A DNA stretch of 64,000 nucleotides. Origin: an uncultured Candidatus Binatia bacterium (GTDB lineage Bacteria; Desulfobacterota; Binatia; UBA9968; JAJDTQ01). The position numbers were made by a program, and so were the translations under genes. Shown in pieces: positions 1 to 8,308 of this stretch (within the stretch, counting starts at the first letter, position 1; every line of letters begins with the position of its first letter). The notes under the pieces were generated by a model that did not search any database, was not told where the DNA came from, and saw nothing but the letters and a program-made list of their open reading frames with translations. The stretch spans positions 1,312,001 through 1,376,000 of the forward strand of contig OZ243916.1 in NCBI GenBank assembly GCA_965213675.1, given 5' to 3'.

Positions 1-968
1 CACTTGTCGCGGCCGAACCGGCGCTGGGCGTCGCTGTCGATCATTTGCGCCAGCGGCGTCTCGTGGATGTTGCCGACGCGATACTCCGGCTCCACATAGT
101 GGTCGCAGGAATAGAAGTCACCGTTGTGTTCCACCACCGGCACGTCGCCGCAGGTCTCCCGGAAGATGCACAGGGCGTGCTCGATGCCCAGGCCGGTGCG
201 CGCCGCCTCGTCGAAGATCTGGATGGTGACCCGGCCCACGTCGTTGCGGATCCATTCGTCAAAGATGGCGCACAGGAACGTGCCGAAGGCCTCGGCCGGC
301 ACGCTGCGCGGGCTCACGGCGCCGTCCGCCCCCACCGGCTCCACCAGCGGGATGAACTGTTGGTGGTCCGCGCCGATGCTCTTGAAGTAGCGGTACACCG
401 TGGCGGGGTGGCCGACGTTGCCGGCGTGCACCACGCAGAGCACGTCGCAGGGCACGCGGTGCGCCTTGAGGCGCTTGTACGCCTGAAGCACCTTCCGGTG
501 GGTGGGCTGCTGGCCCTTGGTGACGCGGTATTCGTCGTGGAGCTTTTCAGGGCCATCGAGGCTCAGGCCGATGGAGAAGCCTTCGCCGGCAAAGAACCGG
601 CACCACTCGTCGTCCAGCAGGACGCCGTTGGTCTGCATGCCGTTGCGCACCTTGCGGCCCGGCGGGCAGTGCTTGCGCTGGAGCGCCACGATCTCGCGGA
701 AGTAATCGAGCCCCAGGATCGTGGGTTCGCCGCCGTGCCAGGCGAAGTCGATGACCGGCTCCGGTGAGGCCTGAATGTGCTGGGCGATGTATTCCTCCAG
801 CACGCCGGAATCCATGCGGAAGGACTTCGCCTCCGGGTAGAGGTCTTCCTTCTTGAGGTAGTAGCAGTAGACGCAGTCCAGATTGCAGATGGCCCCGGTG
901 GGCTTGGCCATGATCTGGAAGCCGCGGGAGGCGGGCGGGGGAACGGGCTTGATCAGTTCGATGGCCAT
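1..968 (-). CDS. Anaerobic sulfatase maturase (radical SAM/SPASM), runs off window edge
   Basis: Manual translation from ATG 968: MAIELIKPVPPPASRGFQIMAKPTGAICNLDCVYCYYLKK (CxxxCxxC), then FAWHGGEPT. Not in the ORF track because there is no stop in the window. Confidence 0.9.
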   Translation of the reverse strand, partial: MAIELIKPVPPPASRGFQIMAKPTGAICNLDCVYCYYLKKEDLYPEAKSFRMDSGVLEEYIAQHIQASPEPVIDFAWHGGEPTILGLDYFREIVALQRKHCPPGRKVRNGMQTNGVLLDDEWCRFFAGEGFSIGLSLDGPEKLHDEYRVTKGQQPTHRKVLQAYKRLKAHRVPCDVLCVVHAGNVGHPATVYRYFKSIGADHQQFIPLVEPVGADGAVSPRSVPAEAFGTFLCAIFDEWIRNDVGRVTIQIFDEAARTGLGIEHALCIFRETCGDVPVVEHNGDFYSCDHYVEPEYRVGNIHETPLAQMIDSDAQRRFGRDK

Positions 969-1023
969 TGGAGAGCATGCGGGGGGCGACCGTCCGGCCG
1001 CCCCCCGCGGTCGTCGACGGCGC

Positions 1024-1884
1024 TCAGTCCATGCCGAAGAACTTCTTGGCGTTGTCCAGCATGAGCTTCTGCTTGACCTCGGGCTTGATGGCGATCTTCT
1101 CGAAGTCGTTCAGCCAGCGCTCCACGCCGATGGCCGGCCAGTCGGAACCGAACATGGCCTTGTCCTGAAGGATCGAATTCACCTGCTGGACCAGCTCGGC
1201 GGCGAAGTATTTGGGCGACCACCCCGAGAGGTCGATGTAGAAGTTGCTCTTGTGCCGGGCGATGGCGAGACTCTCGGCCGTCCAGGGCCACGACGGGTGG
1301 GCGCAGATGATCTTCAACTCGGGAAAATCGGCGGCCACGTCATCGAGATGGATCGGCTGGGTGAACTTGAGCTTGTTGCCCATGCCGCCGGGGGTGCCGG
1401 CGCCGGCGCCGGCCATGCCGCTGTGGAAAAGGATCGGCAGCTCGAGCTTCTGGCATTCCTCCCACAGAGGATAGAAGCGGGTGTCGTTGGGAAAGAACTG
1501 CTGCCGGGCCGGGTTGATCTCGCCGACGCCGTGCAGGCCGAGGTCCTTGATGCGCTGGATCTCCTGCAGCGCCACCTTCTGCTGCCACGGATCGATGACG
1601 CCGAAGCCCATGAAGACGTCGGAGTTCCGTTTCACGCCGTCGGCCACGTGTTTGTTGGGAACCGGCGTCAACCCCGTGATGGTCTCGTCGGTGGTGTTCT
1701 GAATCACCGCCATCATGTTGCGCTCGCGGTACTGGTCCGCCATCTCGTCGATGGACACGGGCTTGCGTTCCCGCTTGAAGTACTGCGCCATCTGCTTTGG
1801 GCGGTCACCCTTGGAACTCAGGGTCAGCTCATCGCAAAGGTGCACGTGCACGTCGATGGCAATGGGGTCCGTGATCGGGTCCAT
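1024..1884 (-). CDS. Amidohydrolase_2 family, 4-hydroxyphenyl-beta-ketoacyl-CoA hydrolase (CouO)-like
   Basis: IDVHVH metal motif; LFHSG..GAGTPGG, DDVAADFPEL, AHPSWPW, YIDLSGWSPKYF, FGSDWP. Confidence 0.8.
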   Translation of the reverse strand: MDPITDPIAIDVHVHLCDELTLSSKGDRPKQMAQYFKRERKPVSIDEMADQYRERNMMAVIQNTTDETITGLTPVPNKHVADGVKRNSDVFMGFGVIDPWQQKVALQEIQRIKDLGLHGVGEINPARQQFFPNDTRFYPLWEECQKLELPILFHSGMAGAGAGTPGGMGNKLKFTQPIHLDDVAADFPELKIICAHPSWPWTAESLAIARHKSNFYIDLSGWSPKYFAAELVQQVNSILQDKAMFGSDWPAIGVERWLNDFEKIAIKPEVKQKLMLDNAKKFFGMD

Positions 1885-2038
1885 ACTGTCGATCCTCCTT
1901 GGGGTTTGGTCGAGTGCCGGCGGCTGCGCGCCGCGCGCGCATCAGGGTTCTGTAGCTACCACGAACCGTGCTGGCTGGCCAGCGGCCCTGCCATGCGCAC
2001 GCGCGGACAGGCGGCAACGCTTTCGCGCGTCCTGGCGC

Positions 2039-2521
2039 TCACTCCCACGGCGCGGCCCGCAGCTCCGCCAGCGTCTTGTCGAGCATCGTCTGCATGAACC
2101 CGGCGTTGCCGCTCTCGTTCCACTCGTAACGCACGCCGGTGACAATGGCCGCTCCCGGATCCTGATCCTCCAGGACCGTGTGAAGTTCCACCTGAAACAG
2201 GGCAAACATGGTGTCCGCCAGTTGTTCCCGCGTGCGCCGGGCGTTGCCCTTGAGGTAGTAGTTCACGCCGGCGTCCGTGACCACGCAGGTCATGGCGCCG
2301 GTGCGCACGAGATTGCGTTCCGTCGTGCTGTTCCGACCCACGGCCAAGTGGATGCGGTGCGGCGTCTTGGCCACCATTTCGTAATACGACGCCATGGCGG
2401 GATGCGCCCATCCCTTGTCGTCCACCGTGGCCATGACCACGACCTTCCCCGCCTGAACGTCTTGCCCGTTCATGAGCGCGAACAGTTCGTCCGGCATTTC
2501 CTTCCCCACCAGTCGTGACAT
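2039..2521 (-). CDS. Pyridoxamine 5'-phosphate oxidase-like split-barrel flavin-binding protein
   Basis: MATVDDKGWAHPAM, RNSTTERNL motifs; GGAGG RBS. Confidence 0.7.
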   Translation of the reverse strand: MSRLVGKEMPDELFALMNGQDVQAGKVVVMATVDDKGWAHPAMASYYEMVAKTPHRIHLAVGRNSTTERNLVRTGAMTCVVTDAGVNYYLKGNARRTREQLADTMFALFQVELHTVLEDQDPGAAIVTGVRYEWNESGNAGFMQTMLDKTLAELRAAPWE

Positions 2522-2711
2522 GATTGCCTCCTCCCCCGGAGCCTGCGTCGCGGAGATTACCGGGGCTGGTCTGTCTTCGAGTCCGCCTCGCCCAAGCGTG
2601 TCCCGAGTCCACCGAAGGACACCGGATGCACGGTCGCGGCCTCACCCAAGTCGCCGGAGAAGTTCCGAAGTCAGCGGCACGTCCGGCGCCGGGCGCCGCA
2701 CGCTTGCCGCT

Positions 2712-3197
2712 TCAACGCGACGCCGCGCGCGCCGGCAGGGCCAATTCCTGCCGCTTGCCGAAACCCTGCTGGTTGTCGATGTAGTACAGCCTCTCCGGGA
2801 TCACCCGGTAGAACTTCACCTTGAGAAACGCCTTGTGGTAGACGCCGCTCGCCGGGTCCGTGAAAAGCTTGATGATGCCCGGATACTTGCGCGCGTACAC
2901 GGCCAGGGCCTTGCCCTTGGCGATGACCGAATCCACCAACTCGACGGCGCCCTCGAGCTGGATTCCCTTGATGTCGCGCCAATCCTGGTAATCCTCCTGA
3001 ACGGTCACCGCCACCCGCGGGTTGTCCGCAAGATTGGCGCAATGGCGCGAGTCGGGCGACGAGAAGAAATAGAGGCGGAATCCGTCGCTGGCGTAGAACA
3101 CCGTGGCGTTCCACGGCACACCGTCGCGGCACGTGCCGAGAGTCATGGTGTTGTGGGTGCGGAGGTACTCCAGGATCTGTTCTTCGAGATCGGCCAT
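2712..3197 (-). CDS. Pyridoxamine 5'-phosphate oxidase family (YhbP-like) protein
   Basis: HNTMTLGT, PWNATVFY, SSPDSRH, NPRVAVTV, IKGIQLEG, DNQQGFGKRQEL. Confidence 0.8.
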   Translation of the reverse strand: MADLEEQILEYLRTHNTMTLGTCRDGVPWNATVFYASDGFRLYFFSSPDSRHCANLADNPRVAVTVQEDYQDWRDIKGIQLEGAVELVDSVIAKGKALAVYARKYPGIIKLFTDPASGVYHKAFLKVKFYRVIPERLYYIDNQQGFGKRQELALPARAASR

Positions 3198-3240
3198 GCG
3201 GACTTTCGCGCGGGCGGCCCGGCGCTCACCCGGCTCCGGT

Positions 3241-3834
3241 TCATTCCTTGTCGCCGGGATAGCGGCTCAGGGACTCCTCGTCCCACCGGTGGAACATGTC
3301 GGTCTCGACATCGAACTGGTCGAGAATACGCGCCACGGTCTGGTTGATGACATCGTCCAGCGTCTGGGGCCGGTGATAGAAGGCGGGCACGGGCGGAAAG
3401 ATCACCGCGCCCATGCGCGTGAGCTGCGCCATGCTCTCCAGATGCCCCAGATGCAGTGGGGTCTCCCGCACCACCAGCACGAGCTTCTTGCGCTCCTTCA
3501 GGATCACGTCCGAGGCGCGCACCAGCAGGTCGCCCCCGACGGACATCACGATGCCCCCCATGGACTTCATGGAGCACGGCGCGATGACCATTCCCTCGGT
3601 GCGGAACGAACCGCTGGCAATGCTGGCGCCGATATTGTTGATATCGTGCACCATATCGGCCATGTCCTCCACTTCCTTGACCGTGTGGGGTGTCTCCACC
3701 TGGAGGGTCATCTTCGCCGCCTTGCTCATGACCAGGTGGGTCTCGATATCCGGTATCCGGTGCAGTACCTGGAGAATGCGGATTCCATAGATGGACCCGG
3801 TGGCCCCGGACAGGCCTACGATGACACGACGCAT
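3241..3834 (-). CDS. ubiX: Flavin prenyltransferase UbiX
   Basis: GLSGATG, IASGSF, APCSMK, LKERKKLVLVVRETPL, PPVPAFYHRP. Confidence 0.95.
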   Translation of the reverse strand: MRRVIVGLSGATGSIYGIRILQVLHRIPDIETHLVMSKAAKMTLQVETPHTVKEVEDMADMVHDINNIGASIASGSFRTEGMVIAPCSMKSMGGIVMSVGGDLLVRASDVILKERKKLVLVVRETPLHLGHLESMAQLTRMGAVIFPPVPAFYHRPQTLDDVINQTVARILDQFDVETDMFHRWDEESLSRYPGDKE

Positions 3835-3859
3835 GCGCACTTACCTCCTGTGAACCTGT

Positions 3860-4291
3860 CTACCCTGAGAAAACCACCGCCAACTCGTCGCCATCCCGCA
3901 CCGAACGAAGCTCCTTCAACGAAATCGCGGCGACGATCTCCAGCTTGCCGGCGGGATAGTCCTTGACCTCGGGCACCACCACCGCAATCCGTTCGCGCGG
4001 CCCCGCCTCGGGCGCCCATCCTTCGAGAAATCCCGCGTAGAGGAAGGCATCGCAGAAACCCGGATCGGGCGACGGCAGCACGATGTTGCGGCCGTTCCGC
4101 CGGACCTCCTCCCATCGGAACCCATCGTCTCCGTGAAGCCGCAGGTTCAGCGTTCCCGGGTACGGGTCGAATCCGACCCCCTCTCGAATCGCCTGCCGCA
4201 CCCAGTCGACGCCGAGGAACGCGCCGGCGCGCCCCAGGTCCGAGAACACCACCCCTTTCACCCGAACGTCGCGGGAGCGCGTGGACAACAC
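3860..4291 (-). CDS. CTP-dependent riboflavin kinase (archaeal RibK/DUF120 type)
   Basis: GVVFSDLGRAGAF, GFDPYPGTLNL, VVVPEVKDYP, LEIVAAISLK..DGD. Confidence 0.8.
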   Translation of the reverse strand: MLSTRSRDVRVKGVVFSDLGRAGAFLGVDWVRQAIREGVGFDPYPGTLNLRLHGDDGFRWEEVRRNGRNIVLPSPDPGFCDAFLYAGFLEGWAPEAGPRERIAVVVPEVKDYPAGKLEIVAAISLKELRSVRDGDELAVVFSG

Positions 4292-4295
4292 CCCT

Positions 4296-5066
4296 CTACT
4301 TCCGGGACAGCGACTGCGCGTTGCCGCCGCGCCGAACCCTGATGATCTCGCCCAGGATTCCCAGGGCGATCTCCTCGGGAGTCTCGGTGGCGATGTCCAG
4401 GCCGATGGGAGCGTACACCCGGGAGATGATCTCCTCGGAGACGTGCTCCTCCTCCTTGAAGCGCTCGAAGCACGCCTTGATGCGCCGTTTGCTGCCGATC
4501 ATGCCGATGTACTTCGCCGGCCGGCCCAGCAGCTCGCGCAGGCACGGCTCGTCGTACTTGTGGCCGCGGGTGATGAGCACGACGTAGGTGGTGGAGGTGA
4601 TGTCCAGATTCTTCACGGTCTCGGCCATGTCCCCCACCACCACCTCGTCGGCCTCGGGAAACCGTTCGCGGTTGGCGAAAAGGATGCGGTCGTCGATGAC
4701 CACCACGTGGTAGTCCATCAGCTTGGCCATCCTGACCAGCGGCACGGCGATGTGTCCGGCGCCCACTACGATGAGCCTGGGCGGCGACGGCATCACCTCG
4801 AAGAAGATGTCCGCCTGCCCGCCCGAGTCGTTCTCCAGCGAGAGCAGTTGGGAGCGCTCCGCCGCGAGCCGCTCGACGGCTTCGCCCACGATCTTCCGCT
4901 CCAGTGCCGGATCGCTCACCGACCCCAGCACGATGCGGCCGTCACGCACGAGGCACTTGGCGCCGCTGTCCAGGCCGTCAACGCCGTCGGACTCCACCAC
5001 GGTGACGAGCACCGCACCCGCGCCCTCACCCTTGATCTTCAGGAGTTCTTCAACCAGTGCGTCCAT
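4296..5066 (-). CDS. XdhC/CoxI family Moco-insertion factor, Rossmann-containing part
   Basis: LIVVGAGHIA, ITRGHKYD, YIGMIGSKRR, VYAPIGLDIATETPEEIA. Confidence 0.9.
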   Translation of the reverse strand: MDALVEELLKIKGEGAGAVLVTVVESDGVDGLDSGAKCLVRDGRIVLGSVSDPALERKIVGEAVERLAAERSQLLSLENDSGGQADIFFEVMPSPPRLIVVGAGHIAVPLVRMAKLMDYHVVVIDDRILFANRERFPEADEVVVGDMAETVKNLDITSTTYVVLITRGHKYDEPCLRELLGRPAKYIGMIGSKRRIKACFERFKEEEHVSEEIISRVYAPIGLDIATETPEEIALGILGEIIRVRRGGNAQSLSRK

Positions 5067-5134
5067 GCATCCTTCACCTTCTCACACGCTGTCACACGCC
5101 GGCCCCGGGTCCGGCGCGCGAACTGGCGGCTCCC

Positions 5135-5476
5135 TCACGCGCGCTTCTCGTCGCCGTCTTGTTCCCTCCACCAAGGGTCGATGAATACGTTCATGATGCC
5201 GCCGCACACGGCCGGGCTGTCGGACGAGATCTCGTCCAGCAGGTCCACGCGCACGGTGCGGGGCTTGCGCGTGCGCACCACCTCGATGGCCTCACGCCGC
5301 ACGTCCGCCTCGCCGCAACCGCCGCCGATGGTGCCGAGGATCTCTCCCCAGGCCGTCACCACCATCTTGGCGCCCACTTCGCGCGGCGTCGAGCCCTTGG
5401 TGGACACGATGGTCGCCACCGCCACGGTCTCGCCCTTGTCGAGGAATTCCTTGACCTCGTCGTAGATGTTTTCCAT
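5135..5476 (-). CDS. XdhC/CoxI family N-terminal domain protein
   Basis: VATIVSTKGSTPREVGAKM, GTIGGGCGEA, VCGGIMNVFIDP; ATG at 5476. Confidence 0.88.
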   Translation of the reverse strand: MENIYDEVKEFLDKGETVAVATIVSTKGSTPREVGAKMVVTAWGEILGTIGGGCGEADVRREAIEVVRTRKPRTVRVDLLDEISSDSPAVCGGIMNVFIDPWWREQDGDEKRA

Positions 5477-5540
5477 CAATGCCTCCCAGACAGAATCCCT
5501 GCGCACCTTGTCGCAGGAGTACGGGAATGGATACGGGCCG

Positions 5541-6761
5541 CTACGCCACCAGCCGGCGCATGGTGTGGCCGAGGTGGACCAGACTGTTGGCGTTGTGGGC
5601 CGACAGGAACAGGTCCAGGTACGGCAGCGCCGCCTGCATGCCTTTGCACAGGGGCTCATAGTTCTCGCTCGCCAGCAGCGGGTTGAGCCAGATCATCTTG
5701 CCGCAGCGCCGCTTGAGGGCCTGCATCTGCCGCTCCAGCACGCCCACGTCGCCCCGGTCCCAGCCGTCGCTGATGATCACCACCACGGTGCGGTGGGTAA
5801 CCATGCTGACCGCGAAATCTCGGTTGAAGATCTCCAGGGAGCGCCCGATGTTGGTGCCGCCGGACCAGCCCAGCACGCTCTTGGAAATCTTCTCCAGGGC
5901 GTTGCCGATGTTCTTGGTGCGGATCAGATGGGTGATGCGGCTCAGGGTGGTGCTGAAGACAAAGGTCTCCACGCCCCACAACTCGTTCTGCAATCCATAC
6001 ATGAACTGGATCAGGAAGCGGCTGTAGCAGTCCATGGAGCCGCTCACGTCGCACAGCAGCACCACCCGGGTCTTCTTGATGCGCCGCTTGCGCGCCACCA
6101 GTTCCACCAGCTCGCCGCCGTACTTGATATTGCGCCGCATGGTGCCGCGGGGGTCGATCTCGTTGCCGCGGCGCGCGCGCTTCTTGCGCCGGCTCACCTG
6201 GGTGGCGATCTTGGAAGCGATGAGCAGGATCGCCTGGGTCACGGCCCGGCTCTCCTCGATGCCCATCTCGCTGAAGTCCTTCTCGTTCAACTGATCGTTG
6301 GGACTGTAGGTGGGCACCAGCAGCGGCTCCGCGTCCGGATCGCCTTCATCCCCCGCGCCCTCCTGCTCGGTGACGGACTCTTCGGTGGCGCCGCTGGCGT
6401 CGTCGGATGGATCCAGCGAATCGTCGGGGCTCTGGGCCGGCACCTCCATGGTTTCCATGGCCGGCTCCATCTCAATGTCGCCCCGCCAGAAGGTCTCGAA
6501 CACCTGGTCGAAGAGCTCGATGTCCTCGTGCTCGTGAAGCAGGTTGGCAGCCAGCGTCCGGTGGAAGTCCGGGCGGTTGCGGATGTCGATGAGCGGCAGG
6601 CAACGGTTGGCGTCGATGACCTGGCTCAGGCCAAGGCGGAAGCCCAGGTCCTTGAGCACCCGGCCGAACATCAACATGTTGGCCAAGGTGCCTTGGCCGC
6701 GCAGGCGCTTGTAGCGCTCCACCGCGCGGGCGATCTCTTCCTCGTTGACTTCTCGCGCCAT
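5541..6761 (-). CDS. CoxE-type VWA domain protein
   Basis: CDVSGSM (MIDAS), WSGGTNIG, VIISDGWDRGD, IWLNPL. Confidence 0.9.
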   Translation of the reverse strand: MAREVNEEEIARAVERYKRLRGQGTLANMLMFGRVLKDLGFRLGLSQVIDANRCLPLIDIRNRPDFHRTLAANLLHEHEDIELFDQVFETFWRGDIEMEPAMETMEVPAQSPDDSLDPSDDASGATEESVTEQEGAGDEGDPDAEPLLVPTYSPNDQLNEKDFSEMGIEESRAVTQAILLIASKIATQVSRRKKRARRGNEIDPRGTMRRNIKYGGELVELVARKRRIKKTRVVLLCDVSGSMDCYSRFLIQFMYGLQNELWGVETFVFSTTLSRITHLIRTKNIGNALEKISKSVLGWSGGTNIGRSLEIFNRDFAVSMVTHRTVVVIISDGWDRGDVGVLERQMQALKRRCGKMIWLNPLLASENYEPLCKGMQAALPYLDLFLSAHNANSLVHLGHTMRRLVA

Positions 6762-6871
6762 GCTGCGGTTTCCTTGCCGGCGGCAACGCCGGCTGCCGTT
6801 TCAGGGCTCCAGAGATTTCGGGGTTCCGGCGATGGGGCAGCCGCCCTCGCCTGTGGGCGCGGGCAGCGCCG

Positions 6872-7804
6872 CTACGCGGTCCCTCCACCCACCACCGTGG
6901 CCGGCTCCTTGAGAATGCGGTCCATGTTCAGCTTGTCGCCGGACATCTCATCCTCCAGGTGGTGCAGGTCCTCGCGGTACTTGAACACGCAACCCACGGT
7001 TTCCTTCACGATCTCCGGGTCCAGCTCCCCGCGATTGAGCAGCAGCAGCGCCGACGCCCAGTCCAGGGTCTCGGCCACTCCGGGCCGCTTGTAGAAGTTC
7101 ATCTGCCGCACCTGCTGCATGAACGCGCAGATCTGCTCAGCCATGAGCTTCTGGATTTCCGGATGCTTGGTCATGATGATCTCGTACTCCTTCTCAAAGG
7201 TCGGGTACTCGATCCAGTGATACAGGCAGCGGCGCTTGAGGGCGTCGTGAATCTCGCGGGTGCGGTTGGAGGTCAGGAACACGTACGGCCGCTTGTCGGC
7301 CCGGATGGTTCCTACCTCGGGAATGCTGATCTGGAAGTCCGACAGGACTTCGAGGAGAAACGCCTCGAACTCCATGTCGGCGCGGTCGATCTCGTCGATG
7401 AGCAGCACCGGAGGCTCTGCGCCGTCCGTTCGGATGGCGTCCAGCAGAGGCCGGCTGATGAGATAATCTTCCGAGAAAATCTCGGTCTCCACCGCCTCGC
7501 GGTTGCCCGTGCCGATCTCCTCCAGCTTGATGCGCAGCATCTGCTTCGGGTAGTTCCACTCGTAGAGCGCGGTGTTGGAGTCCAACCCCTCGTAGCACTG
7601 GAGCCGGATGAGCCGGGTCTGGAGCACGTCCGAGAGCACCTTGGCGATCTCGGTCTTGCCCACGCCCGCCTCCCCTTCCAGCAGGATCGGCTTGCCCAGG
7701 CGCACCGAGAGATAGACCACGGTGGCGAGGCTCCGGTCGCAGATGTACTTGCGCTCGCGCAACGAGTCCCGGATCGAATCGACGGTAATGCTCTCCAGAT
7801 TCAT
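6872..7804 (-). CDS. CoxD-type MoxR AAA+ ATPase
   Basis: GEAGVGKT Walker A, LQCYEGLD, LLIDEIDRAD, TSNRTREIHDALKRRC. Confidence 0.92.
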   Translation of the reverse strand: MNLESITVDSIRDSLRERKYICDRSLATVVYLSVRLGKPILLEGEAGVGKTEIAKVLSDVLQTRLIRLQCYEGLDSNTALYEWNYPKQMLRIKLEEIGTGNREAVETEIFSEDYLISRPLLDAIRTDGAEPPVLLIDEIDRADMEFEAFLLEVLSDFQISIPEVGTIRADKRPYVFLTSNRTREIHDALKRRCLYHWIEYPTFEKEYEIIMTKHPEIQKLMAEQICAFMQQVRQMNFYKRPGVAETLDWASALLLLNRGELDPEIVKETVGCVFKYREDLHHLEDEMSGDKLNMDRILKEPATVVGGGTA

Positions 7805-7892
7805 GCTTATCCCTTTTCCGCGGACGGCATCGTAAGCTTGCGGTTCGTGCGCAACGCGGCCGCAAGTGCCGCGCCCGACGACCGCGCGATGA

Positions 7893-8225
7893 TTATTTGT
7901 TCTCGGCGAGCTGCCGTTTCCAACCCAAGGTGCGCGCCTTGGCGCCCACGGCTTCCGCCTCCTCGATCATCCCTTTGCGCTGGTAGAAGATGGAGAGACT
8001 CGTGTGCGCCAGCTCATCGTCGGGGCACGCCTCAACCAGGCGCTTGCCCACCTCGATGGCCTCGTCCAGGCGCTCCAGATTGGCGTAGGTCATGGCCAGG
8101 GCGTGCAGCGCGTCGCCGTAACCGGGGTCCTCCGCGAGGGCCTTCCTGTACGCCTCGATGGCTTCGTCCACGCGGTCGTCCACGAACGCTTCCATGCCCT
8201 GGATGTAAAGGTCTTCTTTCGTCAT
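7893..8225 (-). CDS. Small tetratricopeptide repeat protein
   Basis: AIEAYRKALAEDPGYGDALHALA and LAHTSLSIFYQRKG TPR patterns. Confidence 0.85.
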   Translation of the reverse strand: MTKEDLYIQGMEAFVDDRVDEAIEAYRKALAEDPGYGDALHALAMTYANLERLDEAIEVGKRLVEACPDDELAHTSLSIFYQRKGMIEEAEAVGAKARTLGWKRQLAENK

Positions 8226-8252
8226 GGCCCATCACTCGAAGGAATTACTGTG

Positions 8253-8270
8253 TATTACGAAATCGTGATA
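8253..8270. promoter_or_regulatory. Palindromic operator candidate between divergent genes
   Basis: TATTACGA-AA-TCGTGATA, a near-perfect AT-rich inverted repeat in the 83-bp gap between divergent genes. Confidence 0.45.
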
Positions 8271-8308
8271 TTCTCAACCGACCCAAGCCACATGGAGGAC
8301 GCATCATC

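Noticed and set aside
2522-2711. Possible FMN riboswitch in the gap between flavin genes
   Set aside because: Lacks the RFN consensus; only a weak CTTGGG(T/C)GAGGC direct repeat on the minus strand.
4296-7804. Calling an aerobic CO dehydrogenase operon
   Set aside because: No coxL/M/S genes in the window.
6959-8308. N-terminal 450 aa of the 815-aa ORF
   Set aside because: Antisense shadow of coxD and the TPR gene; the real start has an RBS at 8309.
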